A stretch of 58,669 bases of DNA from an uncultured Gammaproteobacteria bacterium (GCA_964349465.1 CAYGGC010000007.1:1-58669), one strand, 5' to 3'. Shown: positions 43,793 to 53,121, counted from the stretch's first letter. Made by a program: numbers and translations. The notes: generated by a model not told the origin, from the sequence alone.

Positions 43793-44440
43793 ATGAAGAA
43801 GCTATCACTCATCATTGCAATTGCGGCGATATTCGGCGGCGCTGGTTTAGCGTTCGCGCAGTCGCCCGCGCTAATCAATGCTCAGAATCGAGCCGAGGAT
43901 ATCCGAACTAATGCCCAACAACGCGCCAAGGAAATTCGGAACGCGGCTAGCGAGCGCGCGGTTGAACTGCGGAACATAGCCCAGGAGCGCATGGAAGCGG
44001 GTCAACTCCGCGCCTGCCAAAACCGCGAAGCTGCTATGCGGCGAATTATCGCGCGGATGAGTGCCCGGGCGGAACGACATCTCGGGGTCTTCGATACGAT
44101 TGCCGAGCGAGTTAAGAATTTCTACGTTGAGCGTGATCGGACGCTCGCAAACTACGACGCTCTGGTGGCGGAGGTCGACGCGAAACGGGTTGTGGCAGTC
44201 GCCGCGGTTGAGGCGATGCAGGTATTTGAGGGCTTCGACTGCGACGGCGAAGCGCCGAAAGCAATGGTCGACTTTTTCCGTCAGGGACACCGGGACGTGA
44301 TCGAAGCGTTGCAAGGGTATCGGATGGCGATCAAGAACCTGATCGTCGGCGTCAAGTCGATTCAGGGTCAGGAGTCGTCCGCCAACAACAACACTAATAC
44401 GAACGTGAACGATAACACTAACCAGGAGACCGGATCATGA
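43793..44440 (+). CDS. secreted helical repeat protein with N/T-rich tail
   Basis: Signal peptide MKKLSLIIAIAAIFGGAGLAFA. Repeated RAxExRNxAxER segments. Confidence 0.6.
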   Translation: MKKLSLIIAIAAIFGGAGLAFAQSPALINAQNRAEDIRTNAQQRAKEIRNAASERAVELRNIAQERMEAGQLRACQNREAAMRRIIARMSARAERHLGVFDTIAERVKNFYVERDRTLANYDALVAEVDAKRVVAVAAVEAMQVFEGFDCDGEAPKAMVDFFRQGHRDVIEALQGYRMAIKNLIVGVKSIQGQESSANNNTNTNVNDNTNQETGS

Positions 44441-44748
44441 CCCAACGACTCGGCAATACGACTGTTATCAGTATTCTGATTGTGTTGATTGTCGTTGCGA
44501 CGGGCATCGTTTGGTACTATGGTTTCGCTCAGCCAGCTGCCGCGCCGACTAACACGGTTGATCCGGTGACAAATACGAGTACGCTTGACCCGGCGGATGA
44601 AGCGCAACTGAATGTGGAAACGCCGAACTCCCCAACGGTGACCACAACCGAAGATCTCGACACCGCCTCGACCACGCTCGACCAGGTTGACCTGAACGCG
44701 GGCCAGATGGACAACGATCAGCTCGGGTCGTATGCTGACGAGTTTTAA
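44437..44748 (+). CDS. membrane-anchored acidic T/D-rich protein
   Basis: 4-nt ATGA overlap with the upstream gene. One N-terminal TM segment. Confidence 0.55.
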   Translation: MTQRLGNTTVISILIVLIVVATGIVWYYGFAQPAAAPTNTVDPVTNTSTLDPADEAQLNVETPNSPTVTTTEDLDTASTTLDQVDLNAGQMDNDQLGSYADEF

Positions 44749-44754
44749 TTAGCG

Positions 44755-44949
44755 TTACCCCGCCCGGCTTATGGTGGCCGGACGGATCCAAATGCCGTGG
44801 TCGCTATATAACGTTTGATAGACAACCATCGGCTCAGGCGCTTTACTGGGCCGAGCGACACTCAAGACGCGGTTACGCTGGTCTTTGTCATGTTCGTATT
44901 CGCCGTGGGGAATAGCTGAGAACGGTTCCGTACCAAAAGCACGCCACAA
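44755..44949 (-). pseudogene. degenerate DUF1653 paralogue
   Basis: GEYEHDKDQRNRVLSVARPSKAPEPMVVYQTLYSDHGIWIRPA parallels 43381-43605, but it is truncated at the C-terminus and has a poor N-terminus. Confidence 0.5.
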
Positions 44950-44981
44950 AAAAACCAGCGGTCAGGCTGGTTGTGGGGTGA
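44948..44981. repeat. 34-bp repeat copy 2 (terminator hairpin of the YkuK-like gene)
   Basis: AAAAAAACCAGCGGTCAGGCTGGTTGTGGGGTGA. Confidence 0.85.
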
Positions 44982-45480
44982 GGGCCGGGATGGCCGTGTG
45001 ACGGTGGGCGACGCGCGAGGCGGCGATGGCTTCCGGTTTGATTGCGGCCGGAAAGCCAAAGTCTTCGACCATGCCGACGACTTCGGTGATGACCTCGCGG
45101 GTCGCGCCGTCGTTGCCGACGTCGAGATGGATACCGATACCGTCGTGGAGCATTTCCCGGACGATCCGGTTGGCGAGGAGGCGCCGGGCATGGCGGAGCG
45201 AGCGGTCTGCTTCGGCGCGCATCCGGTGCCGCAGAGACGGAAACGGTCCGGCCAGTTTCCGTTGCCAGAAATAGATCGCCCCATTTCCGACGCGGTGAAC
45301 AACGAGGGCGGTGACGAGATAGACCGGTCCATCATGATTCGGCATCGAATCGGTACCGATCATAACCCGGTACTGGCGGCTCGGGTCCTCCTGCATGAAG
45401 CGGCGGATCTGCTCGATCATGACGGTTTCCGCTTGTCGTCCGTGCGTTGGGCTGTACCACAAACGATCCTGACGGAACAT
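44962..45480 (-). CDS. YkuK/DUF458 RNase H-like family protein
   Basis: GGAGGGA Shine-Dalgarno. IGTDS...VVHRVG...IHLDVG..GATR pattern. Confidence 0.65.
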   Translation of the reverse strand: MFRQDRLWYSPTHGRQAETVMIEQIRRFMQEDPSRQYRVMIGTDSMPNHDGPVYLVTALVVHRVGNGAIYFWQRKLAGPFPSLRHRMRAEADRSLRHARRLLANRIVREMLHDGIGIHLDVGNDGATREVITEVVGMVEDFGFPAAIKPEAIAASRVAHRHTAIPALTPQPA

Positions 45481-45543
45481 AGGTCCCTCCGATGGTAAAA
45501 CGTGCGATTGATAGATTCAGTATACGCCTAGTGAGACGAGTTG

Positions 45544-45930
45544 TCAGTTGCCGTGCCGGCGTTTTTCCCATTTGCGCACTTCGGCTTCGGTTAACCCGAG
45601 ATAATGGGCGATTTCGTGATGAACCGTGTCGAAGACCTGGGCTTTGATTTTTTCCGGATCGGAACCGCTGACTGTTTCAATCGCGTCTTGAAAAATCGTG
45701 ATTTTATCGGGCAGAGCAAAAGAATAATTTGGCCCACGACTTCCAAGTGGAACACCTTGGTAAAGGCCCAGGAGTAACCCGCCACCACGAATCCCAAATT
45801 CACCACGACGTAAGGGCCGACCATTTTCCACGACAAAAGCGACATTGTCTAATTTCGCGCCAACTTTCGGCGGGATGGCGTTAATGGCTTGTCGAACGAG
45901 TTCTTCAAATTCATCACGAATCATAACCAA
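45544..45930 (-). CDS. zincin-like metallopeptidase family protein (DUF1025-type)
   Basis: C-terminal HHEIAHYLGL HExxH motif. 128 aa. Confidence 0.7.
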   Translation of the reverse strand: MVMIRDEFEELVRQAINAIPPKVGAKLDNVAFVVENGRPLRRGEFGIRGGGLLLGLYQGVPLGSRGPNYSFALPDKITIFQDAIETVSGSDPEKIKAQVFDTVHHEIAHYLGLTEAEVRKWEKRRHGN

Positions 45931-45969
45931 AGTATAGCAGATGAAATTGTAGGGACGATTGACTCTTCA

Positions 45970-46518
45970 ATGCGTGAAGGGTACGCTGGAGACAGTCACA
46001 CGTTCCTTGTAGCATGTTCCTGCGAAACGCCAAACGTGGAGGGCGCCATGAAAAGCATCGCGTTTTTCAGTCGCACCTGCACCGTACCGGGCGGTTCCAA
46101 GGTCAATCCCGAAGGAGGTCCCCTTCGACAGGCGCTGATTAGCCGCGTCGTCTATCATGTCTACGCGGAAGATCGCGCGATCGTCTACTCGGGTATCGAT
46201 CTGGGTATGCCGACGAAAGTCGCCGCTCGCCGGATCATCGAACTGATTCTTGCTCGAGAAAAGTTAGAACCCGCTGGCTGGTCGTTCTTCGACCTCCTGA
46301 CGTCGATGCATGGCGACGATGTTGAGCCCGGGGAATACGAGTTCCACGTCGTATCGTGGCGACTCGAAGAAAACCAAGTGATTATTGAAGGGAGTGTCGA
46401 AATTGACTGCCCCGAGGTGGTCTACGATCGCTTCGATCGGTACATCAACAGCCAGTATTACGCCGACCCCGACGCGGTCATGCCGACTCCGGATGCGGAG
46501 GATGACGAAGAAGACTAA
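45970..46518 (+). CDS. hypothetical acidic-tailed protein
   Basis: Long ORF with an uncertain start (45889, 45970 or 46048). Followed by a terminator. Confidence 0.45.
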   Translation: MREGYAGDSHTFLVACSCETPNVEGAMKSIAFFSRTCTVPGGSKVNPEGGPLRQALISRVVYHVYAEDRAIVYSGIDLGMPTKVAARRIIELILAREKLEPAGWSFFDLLTSMHGDDVEPGEYEFHVVSWRLEENQVIIEGSVEIDCPEVVYDRFDRYINSQYYADPDAVMPTPDAEDDEED

Positions 46519-46520
46519 AC

Positions 46521-46546
46521 GAGAGTCCCACCGACTCTCTTTTTTT
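46521..46546 (+). terminator. intrinsic terminator
   Basis: GAGAGTC-CCACC-GACTCTC followed by T7. Confidence 0.75.
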
Positions 46547-46550
46547 ATCA

Positions 46551-46589
46551 AAAACCCCGCCGTCCTGAGCTTGTCGAAGGACGGCGGGG
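46551..46589 (-). terminator. intrinsic terminator of the heliorhodopsin gene
   Basis: CCCCGCCGTCC-13 nt-GGACGGCGGGG with TTTT on the minus strand. Confidence 0.6.
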
Positions 46590-46605
46590 TTGAAAACCGA
46601 AGGGG

Positions 46606-47394
46606 TTATGGGCGGAGTGTGCCGCTAAACATTTGCCACGCGAGCAACGATTTTGCGACGAGGGACATAATCATGTAGGTCCGTTCGCCATAGAGATAGT
46701 TTTTCCACGAACCAACTTTTTTGTACTGAAGCACCATAGTAATCGCGAAGACGTTGAACGTCGCGAAGATCGTAAAGACAATGGCGTAGACAAAGCCTGG
46801 GACGGTGACGCCGGTTGAATTGATGGCGGCAAAAAAAGCGGCGAAGATCGCGAGCCACGGCATTGCTCCGGCGAAGACCCCAATATTATACGATAGCCAA
46901 CTGGTTTTCTTCGTGGTTTGGTTATGGACCTCCATTACCAAACCCATGAGGTTCATAATCGCGTTGATGGCAAACATCATTGCCAGCATCCAAAAATCAT
47001 AGATGCCGCAGAGCATCGCGATGACGACAATCATCACCGAGGACGACAGCATGTATTCAAACCAGCGTAACTTGTTCATTCCTTTGGCCAGATTTGCTTC
47101 ATACCAGGTTCGGCCCGGACCAGCCAGGATAAAATGGGCGAACGCCGACAGGAACAAGAAAATCGCGACGGTTGGTCCGAGGCGGAGATTGAACCACACT
47201 TCTGGCGTTGGCGCGACGCCAAAGACGGGGTTATTCGGGTCGATTTTTAAGTATTGCGTCGTGACTGGTAACGACGAGTCATTGCTAATGACAACCATGA
47301 TCACGCCTTGCACAAAATGCAAAACGGCCATTGACCAGTTCCAGGCTCGTAACGACGCGTAGTTCGCCTTCCCACTAAAAATACTTTTTGCCAT
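46606..47394 (-). CDS. heliorhodopsin
   Basis: Seven hydrophobic helices. Family signatures as I recall them: SLRAWNWSMAVLHFVQG, WFEYMLSSSVM, MEVHNQT, and YGERTYMIMSLVAKSLLAWQMFSGTLRP (retinal lysine in SLVAKS). ATG 47394 is preferred. Confidence 0.85.
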   Translation of the reverse strand: MAKSIFSGKANYASLRAWNWSMAVLHFVQGVIMVVISNDSSLPVTTQYLKIDPNNPVFGVAPTPEVWFNLRLGPTVAIFLFLSAFAHFILAGPGRTWYEANLAKGMNKLRWFEYMLSSSVMIVVIAMLCGIYDFWMLAMMFAINAIMNLMGLVMEVHNQTTKKTSWLSYNIGVFAGAMPWLAIFAAFFAAINSTGVTVPGFVYAIVFTIFATFNVFAITMVLQYKKVGSWKNYLYGERTYMIMSLVAKSLLAWQMFSGTLRP

Positions 47395-47524
47395 ATATGT
47401 TTGTTTGTAGTTATCTTTTTTGAGGGTAGCAGAAATATATGAATCGGGCAAGGCCGGTGTTTTTGCTATAAGATCAACCCGGCATGGTACAATTAGCTCA
47501 TTCATTATCTAAGAACGTAAAAAA

Positions 47525-47905
47525 ATGCTCAACGACTTCAAAGCTTTCATTATGCGTGGGAACGTCCTTGATCTCGCGGTCGGGGTGATCATCGGTGGCG
47601 CTTTCGGGAAAATTGTCACGTCCCTCGTGAATGATGTTCTCATGCCATTCATTAGCGTCTTGGCTGGCGGGATCGATTTCAGCACGCAGAAAGTAAAAAT
47701 TGGCGGCAGCGTTGCTGAACCCGTGTATCTAGCCTGGGGAACATTTGTCCAGTCAATGATTGATTTCTTGATCATCGCGGTATCAATTTTTATGTTCATC
47801 CGGATTATCAACCGTTTCCATAAACCCGCGCCAGCTGGATTGCCGGCGCCGTTGTCAAAAGATCAGCAGCTGTTAACCGAAATCCGCGACGCGTTAAAAA
47901 AGTAG
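47525..47905 (+). CDS. mscL: large-conductance mechanosensitive channel
   Basis: FKAFIMRGNVLDLAVGVIIGGAFGKIVTSLVNDVLMP. Confidence 0.95.
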   Translation: MLNDFKAFIMRGNVLDLAVGVIIGGAFGKIVTSLVNDVLMPFISVLAGGIDFSTQKVKIGGSVAEPVYLAWGTFVQSMIDFLIIAVSIFMFIRIINRFHKPAPAGLPAPLSKDQQLLTEIRDALKK

Positions 47906-47911
47906 TTCTGT

Positions 47912-47950
47912 AAAAAAACAGTCCCGCCGAATGGCGGGACTGTTTGTATT
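47912..47950. terminator. bidirectional intrinsic terminator
   Basis: ACAGTCCCGCC-GAAT-GGCGGGACTGT flanked by A7 and a T-rich run. Confidence 0.75.
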
Positions 47951-47956
47951 TGAAAG

Positions 47957-48193
47957 TTATTTTTTGACGACGACGATGGTACACTTCGTTACCAGCGCAG
48001 CAACGGTGCCAACCACGGCCAAGGGAAAAGCGACGAGAGCGCCAACGGCACCGACCGTGAGTGGCAGCTGAACGATTTCCTTACCCTCTTCATTCTTAAT
48101 GATAATCATTCTCGCATTGCCTTCGGCGATGATTTCTTTCACTTTTTTGATCAGGTCGTCGCCGGAAACTTTAAATTCTTCTTGGTGGTCCAT
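47957..48193 (-). CDS. DUF4342-family protein
   Basis: FKVSGDDLIKKVKEIIAEGNARMIIIKNEEGKEIVQLPLTVG. Confidence 0.7.
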   Translation of the reverse strand: MDHQEEFKVSGDDLIKKVKEIIAEGNARMIIIKNEEGKEIVQLPLTVGAVGALVAFPLAVVGTVAALVTKCTIVVVKK

Positions 48194-48278
48194 CGAGGTT
48201 GAAGGTTAGCGGGTGAGATGGTGAGCGTACTGCGTCCGGCGGAATTGTCAATCCTGTGTCGATAAAAAAACCGTCGTT

Positions 48279-48731
48279 TTAACGTCGACGACGACGTTTG
48301 TTGCGACGACGGTAGACCTCTTTGATGTGCGCGTTGAGCTTTGCGTCGGCAAAACCCGGAACATTCGGGCGGTCGGGATCCTTACCTCGGAGGGCAATCA
48401 AATCCCGTCCGGTCATGACAATCTCGAACCGACCATTACTGATCTGGAGAAACTTGACGTATCCCGCCGGGGCCCACTGCGCCGCGATATAAATCATCGC
48501 TTCTTCCGGAGTCATATTCCGGAAAATGTAGTGCCAGGCCTGGTGCAACCGTTCCGGGACAACCATCAGGTTCCCGGGTTTGGTCTCACCGCCACGGCTT
48601 CGGGGAATGAGATGGTGATCTGTGTCGGGTCCGTGGGGGCGAGTTGGCTGAGGAGTCTTGCCAGGCTTGAGCGGTGGCGCTTCGGCGTAGCGTGAGACAA
48701 TGAGCTTGTGAATATCCGAACGTCGGCCCAT
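48279..48731 (-). CDS. small HNH-like protein with basic tail
   Basis: HHLIPRSRGG...N...H motif. 150 aa. Confidence 0.5.
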   Translation of the reverse strand: MGRRSDIHKLIVSRYAEAPPLKPGKTPQPTRPHGPDTDHHLIPRSRGGETKPGNLMVVPERLHQAWHYIFRNMTPEEAMIYIAAQWAPAGYVKFLQISNGRFEIVMTGRDLIALRGKDPDRPNVPGFADAKLNAHIKEVYRRRNKRRRRR

Positions 48732-48778
48732 ATGTCCTCCGATGGGTGGTAGAAGGAGCTGTAGTATCTACCGGTAGT

Positions 48779-49390
48779 CTAGTCCGATCGACGGCGTTTT
48801 GCAAGATAACCAACCAGCGAATAGCGCCAACAACTCATCACATGATCGTTGATGAGTCCGGTGGCTTGCAGATGGGCGTAGGCAATAGTTGGCCCCATAA
48901 ATTGAAAACCACGTCGTTTCAAGTCAGCTGAGATCGTTTCAGCAAGCTTGGTAGTGGCTGGAAGATGGCGCTGATGTTTCCAGCGATTCACCACCGGTTG
49001 GTTGCTAACAAACCCCCAAAGATATTTTGAAAACGTCCCAAATTCGTTTCGGACGACTATAAATCTTTTCGCATTATTTATTGTGGCGACAATTTTCTGA
49101 CGGTTACGAATGATGCCGGGATTGTTTAACAAACGTGCTACATCACGTGAGGTATACTTTGCGACCTTGGCATATTCAAAATTCGCAAAAGCTTTTTTGT
49201 AGGCTGATCGCTTACGAAGGACGGTTATCCAACTCAACCCGGCTTGAGCGGACTCCAGGACAAGAAATTCAAACATCTTCCGATCGGACCTGACCGGCAC
49301 GCCCCACTCATGGTCATGATAGCGGACATAGAGTGGATCGGTACCGCACCAGGCGCAACGAACCAGGTTTTTTTGGTTTTTCTTGGCCAT
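48779..49390 (-). CDS. tag: DNA-3-methyladenine glycosylase I
   Basis: RCAWCGTDPLYVRYHDHEWGVP and LESAQAGLSW. Confidence 0.9.
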   Translation of the reverse strand: MAKKNQKNLVRCAWCGTDPLYVRYHDHEWGVPVRSDRKMFEFLVLESAQAGLSWITVLRKRSAYKKAFANFEYAKVAKYTSRDVARLLNNPGIIRNRQKIVATINNAKRFIVVRNEFGTFSKYLWGFVSNQPVVNRWKHQRHLPATTKLAETISADLKRRGFQFMGPTIAYAHLQATGLINDHVMSCWRYSLVGYLAKRRRSD

Positions 49391-49393
49391 GGG

Positions 49394-50080
49394 TTACCCA
49401 GTAATATCCTTTCGCCGAACCTCTTTCCATTCGCCGACGGCCAGTGTGCCTAGCGCTAACTTGTTCATCCGGATGCGCGTGAGTTTTTTTACATCGCCAT
49501 GGGCGCGCCCAATCATTCGTCGGATCTGTCGTTTCCACCCTTGGTGGAGCGTCACGCGATAGACGGCCGGTTCCACTTCGATGATCGAGTCAAATCGGGC
49601 ATATCCTTCTTCGAGCTTGATGCCGCGCTGTAAAATCATAATGGCTTGCGCGTCGAGCTGTTTCGCGGTTTGGATTTCATACTCTTTCGAGTGCTCAAAT
49701 CGAGGATGGGTCAGCTCGTTCGTGAGGGCTCCATCGTTCGTCAGGAGAATGAGTCCGTCCGAATCTTTATCCAAGCGGCCGGCTATAACGAGGTCGCGAC
49801 TGTTCGGGACGAGATCATAAACGGTTTTTTCGGTTTTGTATTGGGCCCGGGTGCAGACAATACCGGCGGGTTTATGAAATGCTATATACCGAAAAGTGGT
49901 AACCGGAAGAATGCGCTGACTATCAACTTCAACCTTGTCCTTGACCGGGTCAATACTGGTGCCGAGTTTCGTAATCTTTTTTCCATTCACAAACACCCGC
50001 CCACTGATAATGAGTTCTTCGGCTTTACGGCGTGAGGTGACGCCCGCGCCAGCAATGAATTTTTGGAGACGTTCAGTCAT
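49394..50080 (-). CDS. RsuA/RluB-family pseudouridine synthase
   Basis: S4 domain (RLQKFIAGAGVTSRRKAEELI) and catalytic GRLDKDSDGL. Confidence 0.85.
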   Translation of the reverse strand: MTERLQKFIAGAGVTSRRKAEELIISGRVFVNGKKITKLGTSIDPVKDKVEVDSQRILPVTTFRYIAFHKPAGIVCTRAQYKTEKTVYDLVPNSRDLVIAGRLDKDSDGLILLTNDGALTNELTHPRFEHSKEYEIQTAKQLDAQAIMILQRGIKLEEGYARFDSIIEVEPAVYRVTLHQGWKRQIRRMIGRAHGDVKKLTRIRMNKLALGTLAVGEWKEVRRKDITG

Positions 50081-50360
50081 GCGAGGATATGTTTCTCTGA
50101 CCTGCCCAGCGACCTTCAACATAGACCAGGCGCCACCAGAGCCGTCCGATAAAAAAACCGAGCCCGCCAGTAACCACGAACACCGCCAGTCGCCAAGGAT
50201 CCACGAACGAGAAATTGTCCAGCTGTTCAGTACGATCGACAACGATCAGGAAGAGAATTTGCGCAAAGACACCGAGCCACATCCACAAAAGTACGGTGGC
50301 GGTAAGATAGATTGGTCGTTTCCAGCTTGGCTGAGGCCCGAGCGGTGGGTGGCGAAACAT
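50073..50360 (-). CDS. small membrane protein
   Basis: Three hydrophobic helices. 8-nt overlap with the downstream pseudouridine synthase start. Confidence 0.45.
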   Translation of the reverse strand: MFRHPPLGPQPSWKRPIYLTATVLLWMWLGVFAQILFLIVVDRTEQLDNFSFVDPWRLAVFVVTGGLGFFIGRLWWRLVYVEGRWAGQRNISSHD

Positions 50361-50382
50361 TGCGTGATCATAGCACAGTTTA

Positions 50383-50391
50383 TGATATACT
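50383..50391 (+). promoter_or_regulatory. extended -10 promoter of msrA, leaderless configuration
   Basis: TGATATACT ends 6 nt before ATG 50398. Confidence 0.45.
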
Positions 50392-50397
50392 GTGAGC

Positions 50398-50940
50398 ATG
50401 AATACTTATGAAATAGCTACTTTCGGTTCAGGCTGCTTCTGGTGCAGTGAGGCGATTTTTCTCGACCTGCGAGGCGTCCAACGAGTCACCTCCGGTTATG
50501 CTGGCGGGGCGATGCCTAATCCTTCCTATGAGCAGGTGTGCAGCGAGACGACTGGCCACGCTGAAGTCGTTCAGATTGAATTTAACCCGGCCGTTATTTC
50601 CTACGAACAATTGCTCGAAGTTTTTTTCCTAACTCATAATCCAACGACGCTCAACCGACAAGGAAATGATGTTGGAACACAGTATCGATCGGTAATCTTT
50701 TATCACGATCATCAACAACAGTCTGTGGCCGAAACCGTTTTGAAAAAAATCAACGCGGAAAAAATTTACGACGCGCCAATCGTAACCACAATTGAGTCCT
50801 TTACGAATTTCTACCCGGCTGAAGATTACCACCAACAGTATTTCGCAAAAAACCCAGATCAACCATATTGCCAGGTCGTCATAGATCCGAAAGTAGCGAA
50901 GTTTCGTAAAAAATTTTCACAGCTTCGAAAGGCACCGTAG
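50398..50940 (+). CDS. msrA: peptide-methionine (S)-S-oxide reductase
   Basis: GSGCFWCSEAIF active site and GHAEVVQIEF. Confidence 0.95.
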   Translation: MNTYEIATFGSGCFWCSEAIFLDLRGVQRVTSGYAGGAMPNPSYEQVCSETTGHAEVVQIEFNPAVISYEQLLEVFFLTHNPTTLNRQGNDVGTQYRSVIFYHDHQQQSVAETVLKKINAEKIYDAPIVTTIESFTNFYPAEDYHQQYFAKNPDQPYCQVVIDPKVAKFRKKFSQLRKAP

Positions 50941-51003
50941 TGCTCTCATACGAGAAGGCTCGTGGGGTTGACAAAAACGTTGATTCATGGTAGTTTCGAC
51001 TCT

Positions 51004-52548
51004 ATGAAATATTATTTTCGATTCACTCTAGCGCTCAGCCTGCTCTTGAGCATTACCGCCTCGCCGGTTTTGGCACAGGAGGTTTTGGTACAACCAAAGA
51101 AAACCCCCGTACCAACAACGTGTGATCTTTGGACCTGCCAGTTACCAAAAGAGATTATGGTGACGGAGCGATTTTTGCGAGATCGGAAAAACGGTTTTCC
51201 GTACACGCCCGAACCAAGAAACCTGACACCGTTTGTCGAAGTTCTGCGTCTCAATCAATTGTCACAAACCATGGGCTACCTGAACTTGTACCGTTCAAGT
51301 CGCTATGCCTTGTATCGGGATGAGGCACTAAATCGTGTTGAGTATTTTTTGTCGCTCGGTCCCACAGCGCTCGGTAACGGGCCGCGCGATGGCATGATTG
51401 CGTATATGTATCTCGACGCATATGACTTGTTTCACGATGGTCGATATTTGAATGCGGGGTTGGCAATAGCCGATACGTGTGCTGGGTTACCGGACAAAGA
51501 CTTAGTGATGAACGGTGGGCTCATGTGTGCACTCGGGCTTGGTGCGGCGTACCGAGCCACTGGTAGTACGATCTATCGTGACGCCTCACGCCGAGTGACC
51601 GAGAATACCGCTCCCAAGCAATTTCCCGACGGCGCCTTTCCACACTTACCAACCCTGGCGGGTGGAAAAAACATTGGGTACACGACATGGATGGTGACAG
51701 AGATGCTCTTGCTTAGTGAGTTTGATCCGCAAGATCCGAATACGGACTTTTTGATGCTGAAGTCAGCGAATCTCATTTCGCAACTTATCGACGCCCAGGG
51801 CCAGCTCATTACCCAAACGGCCACGGAGAATTATGCTTCTGACCCGGGTAATGAGAATGTCGGGTATGGAACTGACACGGCCGGTTTATTTTCGGTGGCC
51901 TTGACGATGATGGCGACAGGCCGGAAAGACCTTGCTTCGCGATCGTTAAAAAATGGTTTTTCTCACCGGATGGGCGGCGTCAATAATGGCGGATACCCTG
52001 ATGTCTATAATCCCACTGTCTGGCCAATTCCGAATGCCTGGGCGAATGGAAGTCCCTCAGTCCTGCGGACATCATTAATTTTTTGGTTCATGACAATGTA
52101 CCAAAAATTTTCACCGTCGTGCACTAACGGACCAACCACTTCGTGCATGACCTCAGCCACAAATTGTAGTGCGGCGATGGCCGCGGTCGGAGCCTGCACA
52201 CCACCGGTGAGCGGGACGCAAACGTGTATTGGTGGTCGGTATACCGCCTGTCTTGACATTCCGCGAACGAGCATGCAATTTGGTCAGGCCTGCGGCGAGT
52301 CGACGAGTTGTGCTGATTTTGGGAATAGCGCCTGTTATCAGGTGTGTACCTTATATGGTTCAAAAATTTGTTACAACGGACAGTGCGGCGACGTGTGTCG
52401 TGACGTGAATGCCTACGGTCAGCCAGTGCCAACCTGCACGACGACCTGTTACGACAATCAGAGCTGTCTCGAACCCGCCCCGGTGACCGAGGAGCTTGAT
52501 CTCCCGTCGGTGACCATGTGTCGGCAGCTGAGTTTTTCTAGAACGTAA
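51004..52548 (+). CDS. secreted protein with Cys-rich C-terminal module
   Basis: Signal peptide MKYYFRFTLALSLLLSITASPVLA. The last ~145 aa contain about 25 Cys. Confidence 0.6.
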   Translation: MKYYFRFTLALSLLLSITASPVLAQEVLVQPKKTPVPTTCDLWTCQLPKEIMVTERFLRDRKNGFPYTPEPRNLTPFVEVLRLNQLSQTMGYLNLYRSSRYALYRDEALNRVEYFLSLGPTALGNGPRDGMIAYMYLDAYDLFHDGRYLNAGLAIADTCAGLPDKDLVMNGGLMCALGLGAAYRATGSTIYRDASRRVTENTAPKQFPDGAFPHLPTLAGGKNIGYTTWMVTEMLLLSEFDPQDPNTDFLMLKSANLISQLIDAQGQLITQTATENYASDPGNENVGYGTDTAGLFSVALTMMATGRKDLASRSLKNGFSHRMGGVNNGGYPDVYNPTVWPIPNAWANGSPSVLRTSLIFWFMTMYQKFSPSCTNGPTTSCMTSATNCSAAMAAVGACTPPVSGTQTCIGGRYTACLDIPRTSMQFGQACGESTSCADFGNSACYQVCTLYGSKICYNGQCGDVCRDVNAYGQPVPTCTTTCYDNQSCLEPAPVTEELDLPSVTMCRQLSFSRT

Positions 52549-52560
52549 CCGTCGCGTGCG

Positions 52561-53070
52561 TTATATCTTTCGACTATCGTAGGCCCAGTGGAGAAGCGCC
52601 TGCCGCTGCCGCGGTCGGCAGTGAATATCGGCGCGCCGGCAATGCCGAACAATTTGTCCGACGTGTCGTCGGATGGCTTTCCAACGCTTGATTTGCTTTT
52701 CGTCATACCCGGGAATCCGCCGGCCCATATAATAGCGGCAATACCACTGGAACCAGCCGCGAGGATCGTCAGGATGAATCCAGCCGCGTTTTTTCCAATC
52801 AGCCAAAGATAAACTCGCATCAACCCCAAAGTAGTTGAGTTTGGGGTTTTTCTTGAGTGGTGAAAGTTTTGCCTTCGTAAACCAATCAGTCGGAAATTCT
52901 TTTCGGCAGTCGGTCATGTATTTACCACCAAATATGCCGAGGGCTAACATTTGTTTCGGTGTTAGAGCAGGTTTAAAGCCTACGGCAAAATTCTTCCCAA
53001 CCGGTTCAGTCCGCAGATAGCGGTATTTTTTTTGCATTCGGTCGTTAACAGTGACGCGGTTTGACGGCAT
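52561..53070 (-). CDS. conserved-looking hypothetical protein (169 aa)
   Basis: GWIHPDDPRGWFQWYCRYYMGRR segment. Family not recognised. Confidence 0.55.
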   Translation of the reverse strand: MPSNRVTVNDRMQKKYRYLRTEPVGKNFAVGFKPALTPKQMLALGIFGGKYMTDCRKEFPTDWFTKAKLSPLKKNPKLNYFGVDASLSLADWKKRGWIHPDDPRGWFQWYCRYYMGRRIPGYDEKQIKRWKAIRRHVGQIVRHCRRADIHCRPRQRQALLHWAYDSRKI

Positions 53071-53121
53071 GTTTATAGTATAGCAAACACGCCCGGGAAA
53101 GGCGTGTTTGTTGCGCGGCGA

